Positions 52,132 through 64,000 of a stretch of 64,000 bases of DNA are shown here, piece by piece. Location: NCBI RefSeq assembly GCF_036321535.1, contig NC_087436.1, positions 5,580,001 to 5,644,000 on the forward strand. The letters are read 5' to 3'. Within the stretch, counting starts at the first letter, position 1; the number at the start of each line of letters is the position of its first letter. The DNA comes from Camelus dromedarius. Its lineage: Eukaryota. Both the position numbers and the translations under genes were made by a program. The notes below the pieces were generated by a model. That model had not been told where the DNA came from. It saw nothing but the letters and a program-made list of their open reading frames with translations, and ran no database searches.

Positions 52132-52360
52132 AAATTTGGGAGTTTGAGATTTGCAAATATTAGCCACTATATATAAAAACAGATTAAAAACCAAGTTTCT
52201 TCTGTGCAGCACAGGGAACTATATTCAATATCTTGTAATAATTTTAATGAAAAAGAATATGAAAATGAATATATGTATGTATATGCATGACTGGGACATT
52301 GTGCTGTACACCAGAAATTGATGCATTGTAACTGACTGTACTTCAATAAAAATATATATA
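52132..52360 (+). mobile_element. Young L1 3' end
   Basis: 'gggagtttgagatttgc...gcacagggaactatattcaatatc...gactgtacttcaataaaa'. Confidence 0.9.
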
Positions 52361-53690
52361 ATTCTATTTCAATTATATTTTTAAATGTAGGCTTTTAATC
52401 CTCAAAGTTAACATGTTTCTTTGGGCTGAAATATCATCAAATCCATATTTGGTAAAAAATAAGTTCCTTCAAATTTGTACACTTTAATGACGGTCAGGTA
52501 AGAGAGCAGACATTTCTTGAGGCATTGTGATGAGGAGTGGAGCAGAGGAAATCCCAGTAGCTTAAAGTAGCCATGCACATGAAGTAGAAAAGTAAAACAG
52601 TTGAAGAAGGAAACTGGACAAGAGGAAAGGAGAAAGCTATAAAAAGAAAGAAGAGGAAAAGGAAAAAGATGAATAAAGCAGGCAGAGAATGGTAGAAATT
52701 AACCTGAGAAATTGTGTTGCATCGCACACTCATTTTCCATGAGTGCGTATGTGGTGAGTAACAAACACGCCCTCCCTGACACTGTGTAGAATTTCTCTTC
52801 ACTGTTTGGCTGCTCAGGCCCGACTGTGAGCTCAGTGGGACCTTTGGGGGCCTGGAGGCCTTTGAGAGCTGCTGTTAGCCAGAAGCACACAGGTGGCTGG
52901 TGTTACAGCTGGAGTTAGAAGCCAGGCCTCCAGACGTGAGGACCGGCATGCTTCACCCATCACGTGGCATCAGAGATGCGGGGCCCAGGACTGACACAGA
53001 GCATGAGTTAAGCAAGAATCCACAGTGGAGAGAACTCTGTGTGTTTATGAGGGGCAAATACGTGCCCATGGGATGAAGAATGGGAGTGTCTTTTGTAAAC
53101 TAGCATCTTGTATAAACGGAGGTAATTCTCTTTCATTTACATGTCCAGAACCCATCATTAAAATTCACTTGAGAGTTATTGCCTATTACTGCCCGTTCTG
53201 CTGTTGCTTGCTCTCCCCAGGTGATGAATGAAACCAGAATAAACGTTATAGATTTTTTTTTTTTTCAAGCTGCATATAATGTGGGCCACAGCCATAAACT
53301 TAGGACATTTCACCTCACTCAGCAAACACAGTGCGGTCAGGGAGGATGGCTGTTTGGGAGGGGGAAGAAAAATGTGTTATTACAACTTCATAGTTCTCGA
53401 TTCCCGAGGGTTGCTGCTCTACTAGATTTAGTATTTGGATGAAAAATGGAATAAGAATCTATGCAAAGGAGGAGTAATTTCTCATAGTAATGATTTGTGG
53501 CAGGGCTACGGGGAAAAATCATCAGTGAGGCCGTTTATAGAAAATGTCATTGCGGTGAATGTTTATTATTCTCCGTGATGTCTTTGGATCATTTAGCATT
53601 TCAGGCGCTTGCTGTAAACTGAGTGTCTGTCCCCGGAACCATGCTGGCCTCTGAGGGACACGTGTAGGTTTTTAAAGAGATGAGAATTTT

Positions 53691-53759
53691 TTGGATTGAA
53701 CCCAGGACCTCGTGCATGCTAAGCACACCCTCTACCACTGAGTTATACCCCTCCCCGCG
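53691..53759 (-). mobile_element. 3'-truncated (tailless) vic-1-like SINE copy
   Basis: tRNA-like body ends at GGTTCAATCC; TSD taaagagatgaga(a/g)tttt at 53673-53690 and 53760-53777. Confidence 0.85.
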
Positions 53760-54728
53760 TAAAGAGATGAGAGTTTTATGAGAGGTGCTGAATTCTCAGC
53801 TCCCGAGAGTGAAATCTTTCTGTCAATTGATGGGAAAAGAAGGTGCCCCCGTGGATATCTACATTTTAAAATAATACCGCCATTGGAAAGTAGGCAGTTT
53901 TACCCCTTTCCATTATGAGAAAAGTATATCAATTTACCTCAATTCTCCAAGACTGAAAGAATTACAGTTCCGTATTTAACATCCTCCCAAATTTTTATAT
54001 GGAAACCAAATGTTCCATATCCCACGGGTTCCAACAAGTACACTTGTGAAAGGACCAGATGTTGCTTATGCTAAGTGTTCAGGCTTGAGTAACTCCACTG
54101 ACTTATGTAACTAAGACATTTGAGGTTGTCTTGCTACCTGAGGGTGTTTTCAAGGGCAGAATGTGTCATTGGCTAAATGTCCAGGACAAAGAAGTTGATT
54201 TTTTCCTTTAGGTTTTCAGTTGCATCCTGCCCTATGTATTTTTTTCAGGTTAGTAACTTCACCTCTCTTGGTACAACTTTTCCACACATAAAATATATTT
54301 TGAAAGCTTAAAGTAATAAGATTTCATGAATATTCGGAAGATTATCTTCTCGGAGTAATAACTGTGGGGTTTTTTCCCACTATAAAAATGGTAGATTAAA
54401 TTTTGTGCAATTTGATACTGAAGGAAGAAAATATCGTTATGCTATGATTTCAGAAATACCCCAGGGTCAACAGAAGTGAAATTTCATTGTTAGAACCGGT
54501 TTTATACCCTTGTTACACAGTTAGTTGAGATCATGTATTCATTCCACAAATATTTAATAACAGACTTGTGAAAATGCCTAAATTGGGTTTTGCAGAGAAC
54601 ACACAAATCACGATGCTTGGGTTTGTTGTCATTCATGCATTTATTTCATGATTTGTATTTCCCCCAGCACTTCTCTATTGTCTAATTTATGTTTATTTTA
54701 TTTTATTTATGTATTTATTTATCTTTAA

Positions 54729-54879
54729 AAAATTTTTATTTTATTTTATTTTTGGGGGGGGCAGGTAATTAAGTTTATTTATTTATTTGTTTGTTTCTAA
54801 TGGAGGGACTGGGGATTGAACCCAGGACTTCATGCATGCTAAGCATGCACTCTACCACTGAGCTATACCCTCCCCCCTC
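54729..54879 (-). mobile_element. tRNA-Ala-derived SINE (vic-1-like) inserted in an L1 tail
   Basis: Perfect 18-bp TSD gtatttatttatctttaa at 54711-54728 and 54880-54897. Confidence 0.92.
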
Positions 54880-54897
54880 GTATTTATTTATCTTTAA

Positions 54898-55045
54898 TTG
54901 AAGTGTAGTCAGTTTACAATGTTGTGTCAATTTCTGATGTGCAGCATCATGTTTCAGTTGTACACGTACTTACATATATTCATTTTCAGCTTCTTTTCCA
55001 TTCTAGGTGACTACAAGATGTTGAATATAGTTCCCTGTGCTGTAC
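54898..55045 (-). mobile_element. Short L1 3' end
   Basis: 'ttgaagtgtagtcagtttacaatgttgtgtcaatttctg...atagttccctgtgctgtac'. Confidence 0.88.
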
Positions 55046-55839
55046 GGTGTCTGTTAACTAATTTAAACGTGAAGGAATTCCTGCAAGGCAGGCAGGGAAG
55101 GAATCAGTATTCTCATTGCACAGGTTAGGAAATGCGGGCGCAGGCTGAGAGGCCCCTCTGCCAGGTGGTCAGGGAGGGATGGAGCTGGGCTTCCAGTTCA
55201 GGTGCCTCTCCTGCTGTCACATGGATTCCTTCTCACCAGGAGGTCACAGATTCACCACCCCCCCGGCCCCCACACATGTGCACACGCACTCAAACATACT
55301 GAGCTTCAAGTCAGGAGGGAGGTAAGGGCAGAGTGCACGCAGGACTCACAATCAGGAAGAATCATGTTCAGTTGACGGTAGGTCGGGAAGAATTGGTATC
55401 TAATTACATGACGTTGGGCTGTGCCTTGAGAGAAATAACACTTCATTCTCTGTTCTCACTTAGCTCAGAGTTCAAGGGCAGAGCTAGGCACGTCTCACTC
55501 CGGCTGATCTGCAGACACGCAGATTGCTCTAGGGTCACGTGCAGGAGAGGCATGTGACTCAGACCACGCAGAGCAGGTGACACCCGAGCGCTGGAGTGCA
55601 TTTCATTCTCTGGGCAATGGGAACACAGTGATGGGCTCTCAGCAGGAGTGTTCTATCTGTCACGATAAAAGGGGCTGTTGGGGAGGTCATTGCAGTGACT
55701 AGTCAGTAAATGGTTAAAGGCTGCATTAAGGCATTGTCAGCAGAGCTGGCGAGTATAGAATTTGAGATGTCGCATGGGCAGTATTTGGTGACAGTTTGCA
55801 CTCTGAGGGTAAAGGAAGGGGAGAAAAGATGGGTTTGAT

Positions 55840-55996
55840 TGTTTTTATTGAAGTATAGTCAGTTTGCAATGTCATGTTAATGTCTGGTGTCCAGCATCAT
55901 AGTTCAGTCATATGTACACATACATATATTTGTTTTCATACTCTTTCTCATTCTAGGTTACTACAAGGTATTGAACATAGCTCCCCTGTGCTACAC
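55840..55996 (-). mobile_element. Short L1 3' end
   Basis: 'tttttattgaagtatagtcagtttgcaatg...cctgtgctacac'. Confidence 0.85.
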
Positions 55997-56169
55997 ACGA
56001 ACAGTTGTCTTAGGGAACGGGTGAATTTTGTGCTAAAGGAAATGGATGAATAAAATCCTGGTGCACGATGAATAAACAGTTAATATCAACATGGGCTATA
56101 AGAAGGGCGGTCACGAGAGATTTATTTGGGGCTTACTAGTTGTCAGCACTGTTTCAGCTTTTTTTTTTT

Positions 56170-56350
56170 TCTTTCATATGGTCCCATCCCAAGTTACATA
56201 TTGGGTAATATTATTACCATCTTTTAAAGTTGGCTGAGCTGAGACAGAATGAAATATACAACTTGCCCAACCAAGTCAAAGTAGAAACTAGCAAAGCCAG
56301 GGTTCAATCCCTGGCTGGTCTCACTTTTAGCCTCTACAACTGCCACATCT
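56170..56350 (-). mobile_element. MIR
   Basis: 'aacttgcccaacc...agcaaagccagggttcaatccctggctggtct'. Confidence 0.6.
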
Positions 56351-56772
56351 AAGGTCAAAGCCCAAGGTCCTGGGATACGGGATGGTAACTTTTTTATGGG
56401 GTTTAGCATTTAAGATGAAAGTTATAGGATTTTAAACAATGTAAGACAGTGATATTTTATGCATTTCTTTTTCATTGTTTCATTTTTTTTTTATTCTGGA
56501 AAGCTCACACTTCAGGTCTTGAAGTAATTTAACATTTCAGTTTAAAAATCATACTAGCAAAGAAATCAGTAAGAAATACTTATGAAAATACATGATTTAA
56601 AATTTAATCATATGCAGTATACATTTACAATATATATGGTCCTATATATCCATATATAGAGCAGATGATATATTTGCTGCATAATAATATGCAATATATT
56701 TTCAGTGTGTATTTTCTCAGTGAATAAATAAACGAGATAATTGTTGTAATGATTCAGGCTTGGGAAACATTT

Positions 56773-56774
<2 letters not shown>

Positions 56775-56802
<28 letters not shown>
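56775..56802. repeat. (CA)n microsatellite
   Basis: Visible directly. Confidence 0.95.
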
Positions 56803-56805
<3 letters not shown>

Positions 56806-57340
56806 TGGAATCTGACTTTGTTAAAAGGGCTGAGACCACTAAGAGAGTGTAAAAAGAGAAGATAAATGATTGGAAGACTGATACTTGGAGAATGCCTTTA
56901 TGTGGTGTTCTTTAGGAAGGCTAGCAAGACAAGGACATGAGTTAGAGGAAAGTGAGAGAGGGGTGGGGAAGAGTTTAGTTTGGCAGAACCAAGGAGAAAG
57001 AAAAAGAACATTCAGGTGCAAGAAACACTTAAGAAATACACTATACAGGCTTCATATAATTAGGGACCTTACCTGTCACGCAAAATACTGTCTCCTCATA
57101 CCTGGAAAGGTATTCTGAAGTATCAAAAGTCAATTGATTGCAATAGTTATGGTGCCATGAACAGAAAGGGAAAATCAATACAAAGACATGATTTGTAGGA
57201 TAATGTTTTCAAGTTTTCTTTCCTTGTTTTTATGGAATTAGTCAGAATGATATAGAGTTAAAAGTTATGCAGTGGGTACCACTGGAGAGTGAGAGATTAG
57301 AGTTAAGCTGTCGACTCCAGCTACAAACGTACTATATTGA

Positions 57341-59140
57341 GGTTGAGACCAAGATGGCAGACGCAGTGGGAGGATGAAGGACTCACTTCCAACCACAAAC
57401 ACATCAAAAATACATCTACAAGAGATAAGCAACAAGGTCCTTCTGTACAGCACAGGGGACTCTATCCAACATCTTGTAGTAACCTATGGTGAAAAATAAT
57501 ATGGAAAGGAATATATGTGTGTGCATGCATGACTGGGACATGATGCTGTGCACCAGAAACTGACACATTGTAACTGACTATACTTCAGTTAAAAACAAGT
57601 GAAAAAATACATCTACATGTGGAGCAGTTCTCACTGAAAACTAACTGGAGACTGACGGAAAGACTCTTCTGCAACTAAGGGTGTAAGAAAGATCCACGTG
57701 GAATCAGGCAGGAAGGGAAGAGAAGTGATCAGCCAGGGGCCTGCCCTTGGGAGGGGGCACAGAAGTGGGGGTTACATGAGGAGAGATCCTCCCTGGGGGA
57801 GGTGAGGGTTGAGCCGTGTATTGGGTGCCCTGGCCCTAGGGTTTGATACCAGGAGGACAAGTCCTCTAGGCTGGGTTGAAAACCAGGGGGACTAACATCC
57901 TAACAGGATGGCTGTAGGAACCTAGGCTCCCTCCTGAAGAGCACCCTCCTGCGTACCTACACAAGGAGGAGGAAGCAGATTGAAACTGCAGGGCACTCCG
58001 GCCAGTTTTCTGAGACCACTCAGCCCCGCTTGCTGCGCAACATAGCTCCACACGAGGGCAAGGGCTGCCCCGACCAGTCGTGAGGGATGGAGGCAGAGGT
58101 GGCTCAGACCTGGAATGGCATCTGAGCTGGGTGAGGGTGGCCATTACTGGTACTTATGGGGGCAGCAGATCAGGAGCAATCTGGGACTCTGGGGCTGGGG
58201 CCACTACAGCCCATGCCCAAACCCAGGCTGAGTGCCCACACCAGACCCTCTCACTGCGGCCGTGCTGCCATAGGGGGCGATGTGCCAGTGCTGGGAGGGG
58301 ACAGCGCACACCTAGAGACGACGGAGCCAACTTAGACCTAACCCTCGGGGCTTCTGCTCCAACAGCTGGGGGTCTGACCCTGCCCCCAGTAGGACGGTCT
58401 AGGCTCCTGAGGTGCAGAGAAGCTGCACCTCACACCTGGCACTGGCTCCAGCCCCTCCAACCCCAGCCACACCTCCTACCAAGGTGGTAGATGCCAGCAC
58501 TCCCGGCCAAACGTGACTCATGCTCACCCACGTCAGACCCGGCTCTCCCACCAAAGCCAGTGGGCACACACGGACTGTGTAGAGGGGCTCCCCAAAAAGA
58601 TACCTTTAAAGACCAGAAGAGGTGACTATTTCACCTAGCTTCATAGAGACAAAGAAAGTTCAGCAGAATGAGAAGACAGAAGAATTTGTTTCAATTGAAA
58701 GAACAAAACTCGTAAAAAAACAAGAGTAATTCACCAGATAAAGAATTCAAAGCATTAGCAGTAAGAATGCTAATTGAATTAGGGAGAGGACTAGCTAAAC
58801 ACAGTGAGAATTTTAACAAGGAACTAGAAAACATCTAAAAGAACCAGTCAGAACTAAAGTATACAGTAACTGAAATGAAAAACACACCAGAAGGAATTAA
58901 CAGTAGACTAGGTGATACAGAAGAATGCACAAATGACCAAGGTGATGGAATACAAGAAATCGTCCAGGAAAATGTTGATGTGACGACCAAACAGATGGAA
59001 AATATACTGTATTCTTGGATTGGAAGAATTAATATTGTTCAAGTGACCATACTACCCAAGGCAATCTACAAAGTCAGTGCAATCTCTATTAAAGTACCAA
59101 TGGCGTTTTCCCCAGAATGAGAACAAATAATTTTAAAAGT
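57341..59140 (+). mobile_element. L1 5'UTR plus partial ORF1 joined to a late-ORF2 segment (internally deleted L1)
   Basis: caagatggc YY1-type motif at the 5' end; GC-rich UTR; ORF1-like EMKNTPEGINSRL; ORF2-like SWIGRINIVQVTILPKAIY. Confidence 0.85.
57421..57602 (+). mobile_element. Short L1 3' end nested in the L1 5'UTR
   Basis: Perfect TSD aaaaatacatctaca at 57406-57420 and 57603-57617. Confidence 0.92.
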
Positions 59141-62089
59141 TAAAATTTGAAAACATACAAACAAGATTTTGATGAGTAAATTAGCTAGATCTGAGGAAAG
59201 ACTGATTGGATTTAGTGTTTAGGAGCTCACTAGAGAAATTTCAGTAGGAAAATCGAGGTCACTGTTTACAAGGAGGTAATGCCGGAAGTTGCGTGATGGA
59301 AGATGAGGGAGATTTTCTGTGGTCTCCGTATTCTGAGGTCAGGATTGCTTGTTGGTGCCGTTTTCAGCAGACTTTGCACACCCTGCAAAGCACCATCCCT
59401 GCTTACGAAGCAGCCTATGGGTTCCATAGACGTGAATGGTAATTTGTACATTAAAAAATGTAAAACGAAAATAAATCAAGCCCTGTGCTTCTCCCTTTCT
59501 ACTAACCATGCAAGGTTCTCCGATTGTACCGAGGATGCTACATTAGCAGCACCAGTGAGCAGAATGGCCCAGGAGAAAAGATGTGAGTCGGATGCACCAT
59601 CAGTGTTGTTATTGGCTTTCATTGTCTGGGCTCGCAATAAGAAGTGGAATAATCAGCAAGTTACTTGGATCCCGGAGATTATCCTTCCTGCTGTTTGACC
59701 TAAGGTGTCTTTTAAAAGCACTTGCCTTTGCTGAGCTTCTCAAAGTTGAGATTAAATTTTTAATTATAGTCATACTGATCGAGAGCATCTTTGTTTAATA
59801 TTTTACAATCAGTTTGGAGTTTTAAGACACAAATGCAATTCTAATACTGATTAGCCTAATCATTCAGAAATTCAGACTAGTGTTTCACGGGCAACTGCAT
59901 GGGTCATCAATCTCGAGGTGAGACCGAGACTTTTCTGCCCCTTCTTCTGCCTCCAGAGGTGACCCAGAGAAGATGGCTATGTATGGAGTGTGGTATTGTC
60001 TCACTCATTTTAAAAAGTTGTCTTTGAAATTGTTTCCAGAGCTCTGACACACTACCTGAATATTCTCAGTGCTAGTAAATCTCCCTCCTTTGAGGATGGA
60101 TCGGAGGGAGGGACATGGCTTTAAATTTTGGAGGATTGCTGGGCAATGAGGTAGAGGTGAAAATGAGTAATGTTATTTCTAATCAGACGAGGAGTCCTTT
60201 GAAAGGAGTACATGTGTGTCCTTGTGTGTTGCATCAGCGGGGTCTTGGATCCCGGCTGGATTGGGAGAACGTCTGCAGCAGAATGCAGACCCTCTTGGGT
60301 ATTTTAGGGATGGAGTGTTCAGAGTGTGGCTCTCAGTTCATCTTGAGATGATCACAGTGGACTGGGTAAGCAACATCCCTGAGGCTGAGTCAGCATTCTG
60401 GCTGGTTCCTGGGGGTAAATCTCAGTGAAAGCCTTATTATATTTGGGGACAGGGACGGTGATGGCTGTGTGGTAAGGAGAGGGAGGTGGGTGATGTTGAC
60501 CAGATGGCTGTTAGTTGTTTGTGTGGTAGAGGGACACTGAGAGAGAAATACCCAGAAAACTAGAGGACAGGCAAGGAGATAGTTGACTATGTGTGATGCA
60601 GTGATACAGGCAGGGGAGAAAGTCAACAGAGCAGGGACAACCAGGAGAGAAAGGCCACTGTTACACAGTCATGGTCATTGGACAATTAGCTGAATTGCCT
60701 GGAAGAAAAAAAGTGCCTTCTGAGTTAGGTGAATTGTAATTTCTTATGAAGTTATGTACAGTTTGTGCCTGTTGTGGGGCCAAAGCCAAGTGTTTCCAGA
60801 TGGCCATGGTAACCAGGAGGCCCCTTGACGACTCACTCCAGAGTCTAACACAAATGGAAAAGGAAAGGCATGGCTCCTTATTAAGAGCATCTGTGTGTTC
60901 AAGCCCGGCCATCCTTTGCCAGGCCTGCTGTTCCCAGCCCAGAAGCAACTTCACTGCAGACGGGAAGAGGAGGTCTCATGAATAAATCATGCCGCCCGAT
61001 ATTCCTATAGCTTTTAGATGACAGGCCAACTCTGCAGGAAATGAAATAAAATAGACCCAGAGCAGATTTTATAGCAAGTGCTAATTTTTCTGTGTCATAT
61101 GGAATCAATAATTTCTGAACAAACTTGAGGTTTAAGACACACATGTCAATACACATATATCCATGTATACAGTAGGAGATCACGGCTGAGTTTGCCTAGA
61201 AGGGTTTCAGCAATGGAAGGGCTTCTCCATGCATGTGAAGAGTGAGCACAGTCAAACACCGGCAAGGGTGTCTTCAACCTCTGTACTCAGACAAGGACAA
61301 AGATAAGACAAGGTCAGGCATCTCATCTTTGCTTTACGCTGAAGTATTTAAATGTGAAGAAACACATGCAGGTATTTTCCGAGATATATTAGTCTATTCT
61401 GCAGAAAATTAGTAGTAAGGGAGCTGGCAATTGATACATTGCACAGACACAATCTAGAAAGGCAGAGATGAATTGAAGATTAGTAAATATTTAGAAGAAA
61501 ATGGGAAAATTTGCTGAATAAGGGCCACTCAGAGAAGTAGCCAACCTTGCTTTCCTTTTGTTTCATATAACACAATAGTCAGTAAAAATCATTGCCTGTC
61601 ATGTATGGTCTGCAGTTGGCTATTAGGATGTGCATATATTTTAGCAATGCTCTTACTCATGAAACAAGTCCATTTCGTCTATAGACCGTTTATTTTTGTG
61701 AATATGATACTTTTGGCCTCATCCTTTCAATGAGGTTTAATTAATTTAAAATAATGCTCTGTATTACGCTCTGGGTTGTTAGATTATGTTACTGGATAGC
61801 TGACTTTCATATTTTGGATTGAAGTCAAGATGAAAAAATATCAACTATTCATTCACCCAAACATGTGGTTGACTTGCACAGGTTGTCTTAAACACTGGGA
61901 GGGGGGCTGGTTTCCATGGTGCATTGCAGGGGATTAGTCTTGGATAAATTAACACTTACTTTTCAGAGAGATTTGACAAGACTGTGTTTCAAAAAGTTAT
62001 CCTGGTTATATTGTGGAGAATTGAATGCAGGGGGCATAATTAGATGAAGGAGGAAAGTTGGGTAGGTAGTCCAATTATCTGAATGTGGG

Positions 62090-62340
62090 ACACAGTATTA
62101 TCCATCAGTTAAGAGTGTCGACTCTGAATCCAGACTGTCTGGGTTTCAATACAGCATCTCCCACTTACTAGCTGTCTGAACTTGGGTAAAGCCACTTAAT
62201 TCCCCTCTGTTTTAAATTTCCTATCAGTAATTTGGGATTAATAATAGTTCCTACCTCAAGGGATATCATGAGAAATAAATGAGTTAATGTACCGTGCCAG
62301 GCCACATGGCAAATACAAGGTGCATACTATGTGCTGGTGG
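62090..62340 (+). mobile_element. Near full-length MIR
   Basis: 'gttaagagtgtcgactctgaatccagactgtctgggttt...ccacttactagctgt...ataatagttcctacctca...aaatgagttaat'. Confidence 0.88.
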
Positions 62341-63002
62341 TGCACTAAGACGGTTGGCGTATAGACAGAAATGAGTAAGCCACATTGGAGTCTTTCGGGG
62401 TGTTAGAATGACCGTGACTCAGTGATGGTCTGACTATGGGGGAGGGGCTGGAGAACACAGCTCCCTGACATACAGATATTGGCAGAGGACAAGGGACTCT
62501 GGGAGTAACAGGGACTTCCAAATAAAGTATTATCTTTCTAAGAATGATGACCCCAAGCCAAAATACTTTGGTAACAGTTTTTGTTCTGTATGGAGTAGAA
62601 CACATGGGATAAGTTAAGTCTGTGGAAAAGATTAAAATTAGGAGCTCTGAATTTCACTTAATTGACTGAGCCACGCAAGGTGAGCGATGTACGTTTCAGG
62701 TAACACGTTCCTGGGTCTCTGTGTGAGATGTGAGTCTTGTATCCATCTTCTCTTAAAGAGGTTCTGGTCAGCATCAGAACTTCTCATAAGCATGCTGATC
62801 TTCTAGTAAAAAAGCATTATTAATGCAATAAAGCTTCTTAAAAGAGTCAGATAATATAGAGAATGAGTTCTTATGAATGTGTATAAATCCCAGGGAATTG
62901 TAGACTGTTCTTATAACTAATGACTTTTACTTGTACTTTTTTTTTAAATGGGGCTGTCCTAAAATATGTTTACACTTACGTAGTTTGTTAAATCATGTGT
63001 AT

Positions 63003-64000
63003 TTTCTTTTCTCTTTTTTTCTTCTTGTTCTACTGAGGTATAATTGACATACAGCACTGTATGAATTTAAGGTGTACAGCACAATGACTTGACTTATATA
63101 TATTGTTAAATGCTCACAACAGTAACCTTAGTGAACATCCCTCATCTCATGTACAGGAATAAAAGAAAACTAAAAGAAAAAAAATGTTTCCTTGGTGATG
63201 AGAACTTACGATTTACTCTCTTACCAACTTTCATATGTAACACACAGAGGTGTTAATTATGTTAATCTTGTGTGTTACATCCCTAATAAATTATCTTATA
63301 ACTAGAATCTTGGGCCTTTTGACCATCCAGTTCCCCCCTACCTTCCACCTCTGGTGACCACAAATGTGACCTTTTTTCTGTGAGTTTGCTTGTTTGAGTA
63401 TAATTGACCTACAGCATCTGTGTTAGCTCGTGGTGCACAACATGGTGATGTGACATTTCTGTACATTACAAAATGATCGCCATGTACATTTCACCCCCGA
63501 CTCATTTATTTTGTAACTGAAAATTTGTACCTCCTGATTTCCCTCACCTATTTCTCTCATCCCCTACCCTCTCCCCTCTGGTAACCATCTGCTTGTTCTC
63601 TGTATCTGTGACTCTCTGTTTCGTTATGTTTGTTCATTTGTTTTGCGTTTTGGATTCCACATATACATGAAATAATACAGCATTTGCCTTTCTCTGACTG
63701 ACTTATTTCACTCAGCACAATATACTCTATGTCCATCGAAGATTTTATTATTTTTTATAGCTGAGTAATATTCCAATGTGTGTAAATATATATATATATA
63801 TACCACCATATCTTTATCCATTCATCTGTTGGTGGACGCTTGGGTTTGTTCCATATCTTGGTTATTATAAATATGCTGTTATGAACATGGAGGTGCATAT
63901 GTTTTCTTTAGAAAAATGCCCAGAAGTGGAATTGATGGATCGTATGGTAGTTCTATTTTAGTTTTTTGAGGAACCTCCATACTGTTTTCCACAGTGGTCA
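63003..64000 (-). mobile_element. L1 3' end (L1MA-like), continues past the window
   Basis: 'tactgaggtataattgacatacagc', 'gacttatttcactcagcacaa', 'tttttgaggaacctccatactgttttccacagtgg'. Confidence 0.9.

Noticed and set aside
59595..59670. Faint resemblance to miR-34/449 arms (cagtgttgtt..., aatcagcaagt)
   Set aside because: No TGGCAGTG seed and no convincing hairpin pairing.

Overview
This is mammalian genomic DNA, not prokaryotic. It is most likely camelid (alpaca/llama/camel), inferred from five copies of a tRNA-Ala-derived SINE resembling vic-1. The window is repeat-rich and looks intronic or intergenic. I could not recognise any host protein-coding gene. The only ORFs with recognisable homology are LINE-1 ORF1/ORF2 remnants; the rest appear to be chance ORFs or simple-repeat translations. 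Repeats seen: about 14 young, short L1 3'-end insertions (five 5'-inverted), older L1M/L2/MIR fragments, MER2-, Tigger4- and Charlie1-type DNA transposons, MaLR LTRs including one LTR-internal-LTR provirus, and microsatellites. All repeat names are from memory of consensus sequences and need RepeatMasker/Dfam confirmation; boundaries of old elements are approximate. I found no convincing novel biological system. The best leads are: a TSD-flanked composite retroposed insert (5.8-6.2 kb), a tailless SINE copy (53.7 kb), an L1 whose ORF1 is joined directly to late ORF2 (57.3-59.1 kb), local non-repeat duplications (47.5-50.1 kb), and candidate + strand exons and promoter motifs (22.9-24.9 kb).
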